The notes under the pieces: model-generated
Database searches by the model: none
What the model was told of the DNA's origin: nothing
What the model saw: the letters and a program-made list of their open reading frames with translations, nothing else
Made by a program: the position numbers and the translations under genes
Part shown: positions 53,830 to 64,000 of the stretch, one piece after another
Layout of the letters: each line of letters opens with the position of its first letter
Numbering within the stretch: the stretch's first letter is position 1
DNA from: Geosiphon pyriformis uo1
Taxonomy: Eukaryota > Fungi > Glomeromycota
Assembly: GCA_016748015.1 (NCBI GenBank)
Contig: JAAOMT010000675.1
Location: 891,280-955,279 of the forward strand
Direction: 5' to 3'
Length of the DNA: 64,000 nucleotides

Positions 53830-56300
53830 ATTAACAAGAGGAAAAAAATTTTTTTTTTAGTTATATTTTATAATATTTATTGTAATTTTTATATTAAAAA
53901 TTATAGAAATCTATTGGTAACAATAATAAATTATTAACAAAAATATAATTAATAACTTTTATTATATTCTTAAAATATATTATATAAAATTTTTAATTAT
54001 AAAACAATTAACTAAAAAATTATATAAGTTTATATTTAAATATTTTTTAAAATTAATATTATATTAGTACTATTTTTATTAAAATTATTTTTTAAAACCA
54101 CATAAGTACTAGTGTTTACTGTATTAACAATAAATAAGTTAATATTTAATGTTTAATTTAATCTTGCTTTTAAAGAAACACTTATATATAGCCTAAAAAA
54201 TATAACTAATAAATTGTTTTTAAAAATTAAATAAATTAAAAAAAGTTGATTAAAAATTTTAATACTTTAAAACATATTTAATTATACCAAAATCCAAAAA
54301 ACCAGAATTCAAACTAAAAATAAAAATGCAGATTATATTAAATTTATTCATAATATAAGACTTAATACTTGTTTTTAACTTGGTTTTTATAATAATCAAA
54401 ACTATATTTTTTATATTCTTATGTTATCTAACTATATTTTTTTGCTTTATAGAAATGTTTATGTTTCTATCAATTTTTCACATATTTTTTTTATTAGTTT
54501 AGTTAATAATTAAATAATTATAAAACTTTTTAATTTTTATATTTTTAAATTTGTAAGTTTTGAAAATTAATTTAAATTATAATAATATTTTGGTTTTTTT
54601 ATAATTAATAAATTTAACAAATTTTTTTTCTATTTTATTGGTTTAATTGTTTAATTTAATTTAATTTAATTTTTTTATTAAAATTAATCTATTAGTATTA
54701 AATATATATAATAATTTAGTTATTTGTTAATTAATATTCATATTAATACTATTATTATTTATAAAAAAATAATGCTGCTATTTATAATTAAGTGTAAATT
54801 AAACATTAAAAACAAGTTTACTGTAACAAAACTAATAAAAATATTAAAAAATAGATATATTTAAAACTATGTTTTTTATAAACTTTATGGTAATTTTTTT
54901 TGTAGAGAATTAACTTTTTGCGAATTATCAAAAAATTGTCTTTTTTAAATACATCAAATAAATTTGTATTATTTATAATAAAAAAAAAAAAGAGTGGTTT
55001 TTGAAATATATTATTATATTCGATTATTTAATGCCAAAATTTTAGGAAATAGTAATTTAATTATTGGCTTGTTATTATAAACTTTGAAATTTTATTAACA
55101 GTAATAACAATATTTGAATTATTTTTAATATAGCATTTTGAAAGAACTTTAACCGAAAAAAGTTTTTAATTAAAAATAAAATTGGTGTTTTTAAGCTAAT
55201 TATTTTTAAAGTATTTAAAAAGTATATATGTACAATATTTTTATTATTTAAAAGAATCTTTAATATATTGTTTTAACGTATATTGAGAGAAAAAATACCT
55301 TTTTTTTTTTTTTTTTACTTTAATTGTGAATATAAATTTGTGTCATAAAAAAAAAAGTATTTGGGTTTTTTTTAAAAAGCTTAAGATTATTAAAAATTAA
55401 AATAAAAAATAAAAAATAAAAAATTAAATTAAATATTAAAAGTAAAAAAAAAATTTTGGTGTTTAATTTAGTATAATTTAAATTTAAATTTAAATAATTA
55501 AACATATATAAAAAGTGTGTAATTTACATATATTTTTAGAGTTATATATATAGTTATAATTATAGATAATATATATTAAACTATACTTTATAAAAGTGAT
55601 AAAAAAATTAAAATTTTTTCTTAAAGCTTAAAAATAAATTAATTAAAAGATTTTAACAAAGTTAATTATACCAGATTAATAAATATGGAATAAAAAAACA
55701 ATTACCAAATTAAAAAATTTATATATTATAAAAATCAATAATTAAAATAATTTTTATTATGTTAAAAACTTGGATATTTATAAAATTAAAAATATATAAA
55801 TAATAATTATTAAAAATAATATATATATTTTTTTAAATACAAATTAAAATAAAAAATATTTTTTTAATATTTTTTTTTTACAAAAATCGTACTTACTTAT
55901 GGTGTTATTTTAAGAATATTTAATTTTAATTTAAATTATCATTTTTTTGAGAATTTAAAAAATTTCAATCACAAATTAATATTAACAAAAAAAGTTTTTA
56001 CCTAGTTTAAAATATACAGTTTATCTGTAATAATTCATTTAAAAAAATAAACCAAAAAATTAGATTGAAAATAATCATTTTAAAAATTAAAAAATTTCTT
56101 AAATTAAAATAGAAAATTTAAAATTACCATAACAAATTAGTTTTCATTGGTATTAAGAGAATATAATTTTTTTGATTTATTTTAAAATTTTGAGAATTTT
56201 GAGTACTTTTTCAAAAAAATTTTAATTTCTTTTTGAAAATGAGAATCGTAATTCAAAAAATAAATTATATTGTATCAATAGTAGTTATTAATTATTTTCG
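53830..56300. other. Extremely AT-rich low-complexity zone
   Basis: Almost no G/C and no credible ORF. Confidence 0.8.
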
Positions 56301-58711
56301 AATCAAATTATTTGATTTTTAGGAAAAAGTGACACATCATTGAGAAATACTAAAAATTATATAGAACAGTACTGATTGCTCGTCAAAATTTAATTTGGAT
56401 CATATTCATAGCTTTTAGTTTAGGTAAACACTAACATAAAATACTTCATTTAGAGAAAAATCTCTATCCTGCACATAATTACACTTTCACTTTTTCAAAT
56501 CAACCAAGAGGGCCGGAAAATATATTGTTCAAGTATAATTTATCTCTGACACATATTTTCAATATTTTATTAAACTATTAATTCCCAAGAAATTACACCA
56601 AGAACAAAAGCACAAAAGAAATTCATCTCCAAAGCTGAAATTGCTTAATTTTATTCAATGCATCTAATAGCTAATTCTGAAGAAAATTCAGGAGAGAAAC
56701 TAATTCAATAGATGTAATAAGATTGAATACGAGAATTTAAAAATTCGTGATTAGGCTTTAAGGTTTGGTCCCTTCTTACTTGTAATTCTATACTTTCCAT
56801 AAAAAGTGAATTTTGAAACTCGAGCAATATATTTTAAAATTAATAATTAATCTTTTTCCGAGAAAATGTGACAAAAAGGAACACATATCCCGGCTATCAA
56901 ATAACCGAATTCCTTCACACTTTCTATCAACTTTTGAAAGCAAAACAAGATTTTCCATCAATATATTTACATTAAAAGCCTGAACAGGTCCAGCTTCCAA
57001 GTAAGATTTAATATCTCTGGGAGTTTCAATGTCAAAATTGGTATGGTAAACTTTATTTTTGACGCGGTGATCGGCTTTTCGGTTTTTTTGATCCGTAATT
57101 TGTTACCATTAAGGGGTTTAGTTGAAATTATTTTAACGCTATTCGGATTCCAGGTGTTTGAAGGTTGCCAACGACAATCTTTCGTTGGTAGGAAGAAGCC
57201 GATTTCTAGAACTTTGAAAAAAGGGTTGTATGAATAAGATAAATTTATAGAGCTGAATTTCACATTCCAAAATGGGCAAGCTTATTCTACGAAATAATAT
57301 GATAAAAATTACTTTAGTGCTCACTTATATCAACTCTAAAAATTAGCAATCCTAGTATAAATTCGTGAAAAAAAATTCAAATGAATTTTACCAACAAAAA
57401 TCATGAATTTACAATTTTACCGTACTTTTCATTACTCTTTCCTCACCTGGATCTTGTCTAAACTTGCAACAATTACCAAATAATCCTCAAAGAACTCCAT
57501 TCATTTTTGCCTTTTTCACCATATCTTGCACGATAGATTTCCTCTGGTTCTAATTGAATATTTTCAGCCCAATTCTGTCATGCTTGTTGTGGCTATTGAC
57601 GCCAGAATTTGGACTGTTGAAGATCGATTGTGAGGCAAAGAGGAGCAAGCTTCAAATCAAGAAATTTTGGCGTATTTCTCTTACAAAAAAATTTTTGCAC
57701 TTAGCCCCGAAAATTGGCCTTGGTTTCCTAGCCCCATTGAGTAGAAAGCATAAATGTTATTGTTGGGAAATATTATTGTAAAATCTTTGGAGGTCATTGA
57801 TGAAATGATTCTTTCTCGGGTCGCATCAGGATCGTAAAATGTAAACAACACGGGGATTTCTTTTCACATGAAACTCAAAGTTAACTTTTTTTTTAAAATC
57901 TCAAGGGAAGGATATGTTACAAATGCAGCTAATGCATAAAAAATTTGAATATCATTGCTATAAAAATAAAACTTTTTTTAACCTTTTAAAACACTTTTTT
58001 ATACATCAATTGTTTCACTCAGATAAAGAATTGATCAAATAGAAAATTCTTTGGAAATCTTGAATTCCAGAGATTTGGGAAAGTTTTTATAAATTTTACC
58101 TTTGACTACAAAAAATAAGCGGAATTACTTGTGACTTCATAAATTTCCAAATTTTAATTGCTTTTTTAATTGAACAAGGGAGTATTTTTTTTTTGTTTTT
58201 TCAATAGAGAGCAAGTTTTCTTAATCGGTATAAAATACTTGTGAATATCTAATACTTTACATATTTTTTGCTGAATTCGATTATATCGACAAAAAAGGTA
58301 CAAAAAAAAAATCTTTGAGAATGTTCGTGAAACTATTTAGGAGTATTATAAGTAGATGAAAATTAGTATCATTCATAGGAATGAACTTTTATAAATATAT
58401 TTAACAAAAAATTTACGAGGGGTCAAAATCTGGAAATAATTTTTAAAGATTCCGATTTAATGATACCTTGGACATGTGATAACATGCTCAAAAATTTCTA
58501 TTTTTTAACTTATATTCTTCGATGATGACAATAACAATAATTAACTATTAAGAGTAATTAATTAAAGTAAATATTGATGTAAAAGAAATTAAATGGACGG
58601 CGTCAAAGGCACCACATAATTATCAGTATCATACATTTAAAAAATGATTTAATTACAAATATGATAAAAAGATTGTGTTTTTGAACTTTTTTAATATCCG
58701 AAAAAAGATGG

Positions 58712-58753
<42 letters not shown>

Positions 58754-60275
58754 TTGACATCTAATTAACATTTTGTTTTGGCTGATTGACTTTCAGCAGC
58801 ATCAAATAATATCGTTGTAAAAATACAATTTTCATTCGTAACCATCAATTTTAAATGGTTTTCGTCTTTTTTACCATATCATAAATGGTATGCTAGGTAT
58901 TTGTGACAAATTTTTCTATTCGTAATGCTCGAGAATTTAAAGCTGTTTTAGGAACTCATGTGATACGAGTTAAAAATTTTAAATATTACGAGATAATGAT
59001 AATACAGTAGAAATTCGTTTGTTTAGTGAGATGAAACAAAAAACTATTCGAGGAATTTGGATGCAACATTAGCCCACTTTCATCGCATGTTTCAGTTCTC
59101 CTTGACTGATTTTTAAAAATATTTCAATTTTATTACGAACTTTATAAAATTTCACAAAAATATATTGACTAGAAACGATGTACCATAGAGAGAGAGTTTT
59201 GGGAACGCGATTAATAAAAGTAATTGATAAATTTTTCGTATTCAAAGGATTGGAAGGATATTTTTATCAAAGAGAAACACACTCCCTTCTCGCCAGGAGG
59301 GTTTGTATGATTTTCTTTGTTGATTTTTTTTTTGATATCAACTACTTAATTCAATCACGAGTACATTTTTACCAATTGATCAGAAACTAATGAGGAATTT
59401 CTCAAGCTCAGAGGTCATTGTGCATAAAATCTCAATGAAATCAAAGATATAAAAAAAATGGTTTCACTATTCTAATAGCAATAGCAAGAAAACGACTAAA
59501 ATTTGAATGTAATGAATGAATAAATGAATTAATGAATGAATGAATATGAATGGGAGGAGTAAAAGTACAAAAATTCTAAATTGCGACCACAAAGAGAACT
59601 CTCCCACAAAATGCTCGTGGAAACCCAAAATAATAACTTTAATGATAAGTATATGTAAATAAGATAAAAGAAAGTTAAAGTCTTTATATAAAATGTTTTT
59701 GCCGGTATAATAGACAGCTGGGATATTTAACAAGTGATATTGGTGTGGGTAAAGAGTTATAATGGAAAGGGGGAAAAGAAGGGAATAGAGGAGAGGGGGG
59801 TTTTTGTAGGGAGGATTCATGATGATGATGATGATGATGATGGTTAGAATTCATCGAGATATAACATTTTAATATCAGTGTAATGGAGCGATAAATAATG
59901 TTGTAAAAGGGTTAGGTGATATAGTAGTGAAAATGTTTTTGGGATTGGAATTGGAAATTTCCAAAGATTGAAATTTTTTTGAGTTGATTGATTGATTTTT
60001 TTTGATGACTTTTTGATATAATGATATCTATAAAACTTCCTGGCACCAATGATAGTAATAGTCTATTGAAAAAGGGAAACCGATAAGAAATGTCAACAGT
60101 TGTACATTTTCATCCAAAAGTTTTCTTGAATAAAAGTACCTATCAACACTTACCAAAGTTTATATATATATGTATATACGTCTAAGAGAAAAATATAAAA
60201 CAATAAAAACTTCCTTCTCTTCCCTTCCTTTCCTTTTCCTTTCCTTTCCTCTACTCTCACTTCATTTTCTATTGA

Positions 60276-60647
60276 CTAAAATCTCATGGGAAAATCCAAA
60301 ACACCTTCTACAATTGCATTTCGTCTCCTAAGTGCAAAATGAGGAATCTCAATATCCAATGCAAAAGTTGGGGGAAGCGAGAAAGATTCTGGACGCGGTG
60401 ATTCTATCATGGAATTAGGCAAAAATTGAAACACAGAAGATGTAGGCGAAGATGAGGGTGAAGAAATTTCAGGTTCAGAGTCGTAACCAGTTGATGAATA
60501 ATCCGAAGATACAGATGAGATAGAGGAACGATTTAAATTGTTGCTACTACTGCTGTTTTGAGAACGAGTGAACGAAGATTTAGAAGAAATAGCTGATGGA
60601 CCAAAGCCAGAGCTGATAATTTGATGAGTTGAGTGTGATGATGACAT
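60276..60647 (-). CDS. Small Ser-rich, probably disordered host protein (123 aa) with C-terminal RRRNAIV motif
   Basis: Intact ORF in CpG-retaining sequence; A-rich start context (tgaaaATG); upstream TATAAAA plus pyrimidine-rich tract. Confidence 0.72.
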   Translation of the reverse strand: MSSSHSTHQIISSGFGPSAISSKSSFTRSQNSSSSNNLNRSSISSVSSDYSSTGYDSEPEISSPSSSPTSSVFQFLPNSMIESPRPESFSLPPTFALDIEIPHFALRRRNAIVEGVLDFPMRF

Positions 60648-60859
60648 TTTCAGAATTTTGTTTTTTGTTTACGATATTGGTTTGAGGTCAAGTTTTTATT
60701 CAAGATAAAAAAGAAAGCAAACAAGCGAAATGGATAAATAAAATTTTTAGGAAAAAAGATTACAAGTTTGCACAATGTATCTTTTTATTATTATTATTAT
60801 TGAAAAACGACACAAGTTAGATAGTGTGAAGGCTTTATCAGTAAAAAAAAAAATAGAAA

Positions 60860-60966
60860 TAGTTTTTTTAATAATTGACCGAGCAAACGGAAAAAAGAAG
60901 GGTAAGAGAGTAAGAAGAAAAGGAAGAAGAAAGAGAAATAATTTGGAGGTAGAAAGGGGTTTTATA
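60860..60966 (-). promoter_or_regulatory. Putative TATA box and CT-rich tract upstream of the Ser-rich gene
   Basis: Minus-strand TATAAAA at 60966-60960 followed by a pyrimidine-rich stretch, as in fungal core promoters. Confidence 0.45.
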
Positions 60967-61242
60967 CTAGTAGTCCAAGATAAAGATTAGTCAGTTTAGT
61001 CAATGATTCGGTTATTTTCGTTGTTTCCCTGTTTACCATGAACTACTATTTAAATGTAACAAACAAACAAACATACATGAAAAGTTAATATAGTGAGTGA
61101 CAAATAGAGAACAATCTGTCGAAAATATATATTACGCAGTGGGAGACCAGGTCGCGTAGTACACGTGTTGCTTGGATTTAACGACTGTTACATCTGCATC
61201 TGCATCTGCATCTGCGTATATATGAAGTATATATGAAGATGG

Positions 61243-61276
<34 letters not shown>

Positions 61277-61399
61277 TTTTAATTTATTGTTCCAATTTTT
61301 TTTTTTTTTTAATATAGGTGTTTCAATATCTCCCTGATAAGAACATGGTTGTTTAATTTTAAATAAAGAATTTGTGGTTAATGTAAAAAGGCAAATAGA

Positions 61400-61462
61400 T
61401 AATAATACATAATAAATAATAATAAATAATAAATAATAAATAATAAATAATAAATAATAAAT
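61400..61462 (+). repeat. (AATAAAT)n simple repeat
   Basis: Seen directly. Confidence 0.85.
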
Positions 61463-61633
61463 AGAACATTACTATCTGTTTAAGAAAGGACCAAAAATGA
61501 CAAATAGAAAAGCATCAAAAAAAAGTTTTGAATGATGAACCATAATCAGCGGAAACACAAATCACCACATTTCACAAGCAAAAGTTGTTGGACGATACAA
61601 AACGTTGAAGCAAACAAAGAAACGTGGGTATTA

Positions 61634-61651
61634 ATGATGATGATGGTGATG

Positions 61652-61711
<60 letters not shown>

Positions 61712-61738
61712 ATAGTAGTAGTAATAGTAGTAGTATTG

Positions 61739-61786
<48 letters not shown>

Positions 61787-61800
61787 ATAATAGTAAGTAG
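61634..61800 (+). repeat. (GAT)/(GTA)n microsatellite
   Basis: Seen directly. Confidence 0.95.
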
Positions 61801-62271
61801 AGTCTTAGGAGGGTAAAGTGGCTGTACAGGTTTTTTTTGCTTTGCTTTTGCTTGTCTGTTACCCAGGAGGCTGTGAGAGACTAAACCTTCATAATGTTTT
61901 TACATCCGGAGAAATCGGTTCGATGTTTGACAAGTTTTGAAACTTTTTTACTTATTTATCTATAATATTGATCTTTTATTACCAAAAATATTTCGTCAAT
62001 TAAGATTTACCATAGTCACTATGATCAAATTTTTTTATGATATGATTAGTCAAAAGTAAAAAGAAAGAAAAAAAAAATAACGGAGGACATCACAGCCTTG
62101 AAATCTAAGCAATTTTAATGAAGATTAAGTTGTCAAATTCTAAGCTTCTTTTAAAAGACAAAAGTTCCGGAATTCTGGAATGAACAACAATAAATTTTTT
62201 CAAGACCAAACCAAAAAGAGTGACGAATATGAACTATTGAGAAAATTATCAATAGTGGTGTTTGGTGGTGT

Positions 62272-62333
<62 letters not shown>

Positions 62334-62340
62334 GTGGTGA
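62272..62340 (+). repeat. (GAT)n microsatellite
   Basis: Seen directly. Confidence 0.95.
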
Positions 62341-62530
62341 TTATGAAAGAAAAATTTGGTTAGCAGTCGCTAGAATTCTTAAGTGGTTAAAAGGTGGTCT
62401 CATTATCTGTCACGCTGAAACTTCATTGACGTGAAGATCGAACATCCTGTACACGCGCGTTCTTTGTCAAAAAAAAACAAAAAAAAACATAATTGGTGAT
62501 TCAAAGGGAAATCCTCATGGTGGTGCAAAG

Positions 62531-62553
62531 GTATGTATGTATGTATGTATGTA

Positions 62554-62585
<32 letters not shown>

Positions 62586-62603
62586 TGTGTATGTATGTAT
62601 ATA
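62531..62603 (+). repeat. (TATG)n/(TG)n compound microsatellite
   Basis: Seen directly. Confidence 0.9.
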
Positions 62604-62981
62604 TTGTGTAACTTGTACTTTTTAGAAGTAAGTTGGGGAAAAAACACGTTTACTATTATGCAATTGACTTTATTGGAATTTTTAAAAAAAGGACTTTCTA
62701 CGAATGGTGAATATTGTTTTTAGATGAGCGCATTTTTTTTTGAACGTGATTATGTGATGATCAAAAATTAGTAAAATCCAATTATTACATGTTAAAGTTA
62801 TTTGTGAAATTGTAATTAGTCAATTGGAAACTTTTGGGAATTACGAATTTTATGAGGGATGAGTAATAATTTTAAATGATAACATCACTTTTTGTAACAT
62901 GAAATCGTTTAGTTTTGGTAAGATTATAACGTCGTCGTTAGAAACCCTTCTTTTTTTTTGGGGGGGGGGGGGGGGTGTTTA

Positions 62982-63334
62982 NNNNNNNNNNNNNNNNNNN
63001 NNNNNNNNNNNNNNNNNNNNNNNNNNNNNNNNNNNNNNNNNNNNNNNNNNNNNNNNNNNNNNNNNNNNNNNNNNNNNNNNNNNNNNNNNNNNNNNNNNNN
63101 NNNNNNNNNNNNNNNNNNNNNNNNNNNNNNNNNNNNNNNNNNNNNNNNNNNNNNNNNNNNNNNNNNNNNNNNNNNNNNNNNNNNNNNNNNNNNNNNNNNN
63201 NNNNNNNNNNNNNNNNNNNNNNNNNNNNNNNNNNNNNNNNNNNNNNNNNNNNNNNNNNNNNNNNNNNNNNNNNNNNNNNNNNNNNNNNNNNNNNNNNNNN
63301 NNNNNNNNNNNNNNNNNNNNNNNNNNNNNNNNNN
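62982..63334. other. Assembly gap (N run) flanked by homopolymers
   Basis: N characters; poly-G before and poly-T after. Confidence 0.99.
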
Positions 63335-63380
<46 letters not shown>

Positions 63381-63943
63381 CAATAGGGGTTTAATTAGTC
63401 CAAGTATAGAAGTTTTCCTTAGCTTTTATCGATGATATCATTTAAGAAATATATACATAAGAAAAAAGTTATGGAAATCTTGAGATTCAGTTTTTGAATT
63501 TTGTTCCTGTGTGTAATTGGTGGTGGCTAAGATTGAGAAAATACCTTGTGCATATAATTGGGTCATGACGATTTTCTTTTCTTTTTCTTTTTTTTTTTTT
63601 CATCATTTATTATAAAAAAATCTTGTTCTCATATGTTTTAGTATGGTATGGTATGGTATGTATGTATATATGTATATATGTATGTATTTATGTATTAAAT
63701 GAGAAGCTAATTTTGGTTTAACAGTAGTGATTATTCAAGTTTTTTTGTTTGGATGGATCAATATCGGTCCTAATTGAAAAGTTAGAAATCACACAAAACA
63801 GGACTAGACAAGTCGCTGATTTTTCTATATTTTTAATAATCTAATAATTCCATTTCACCATCACCTATCAATCAGTGATTGTTGGTAAAAGAAAATGAAT
63901 TAATAAAAAACAATAAACTTTGTAACGTAAATATTTAGTTTTC

Positions 63944-64000
<57 letters not shown>

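Noticed and set aside
59178-59820. ORFs 59178-59390 and 59467-59820 as host genes
   Set aside because: Low-complexity, F/L/I-rich translations of AT-rich sequence, likely UTR or intergenic; no recognisable motif.
61532-62723. Poly-Val, poly-Asp and CV-repeat ORFs
   Set aside because: Microsatellite translations with no other coding signal.
62899-63435. ORFs spanning X residues
   Set aside because: Artefacts of the N gap and flanking homopolymers.

Overview
This is eukaryotic, very AT-rich, CpG-depleted DNA, most likely fungal; a Glomeromycotina/Geosiphon-like origin is my inference from element style only. Bases 1-46199 are a stack of decayed Ty3/Gypsy LTR retrotransposons, which I label A-E. 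All have TGTTAC/TGTTAT...TAACA-type termini and 4-bp target-site duplications (TSDs). A (+, starts upstream of the window) sits inside the tail of an older LTR (Z). B (+, 2592-12525) and C (+, 15736-43959) inserted into A, D (-, 23311-43863) inserted into C's 3' LTR, and E (-, 29652-40011) inserted into D. The elements share an unusual three-ORF layout. ORF1 is Gag-protease-[Cys-rich module]-[dUTPase + degenerate dUTPase-like domain in A/B/D/E]-RT-RNase H and ends in a stop. Integrase follows as a separate, out-of-frame ORF, and a conserved ~200-aa soluble ORF3 ends at the PPT. Five of six insertion sites reconstruct to an N-CG-N target. Bases ~46.6-53.8 kb hold a decayed minus-strand LINE (ORF1; APE-RT-RNase H-Cys/His) interrupted by a 988-bp solo LTR. 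An extreme AT desert (~53.8-56.3 kb) leads into CpG-retaining host sequence. That region has a small Ser-rich gene (60276-60647, -) ending in an RRRNAI PKA-pseudosubstrate-like motif, plus microsatellites and an N gap. All TE ORFs are broken by C>T/G>A transitions. Internal domain coordinates are approximate; LTR and TSD coordinates were read directly.
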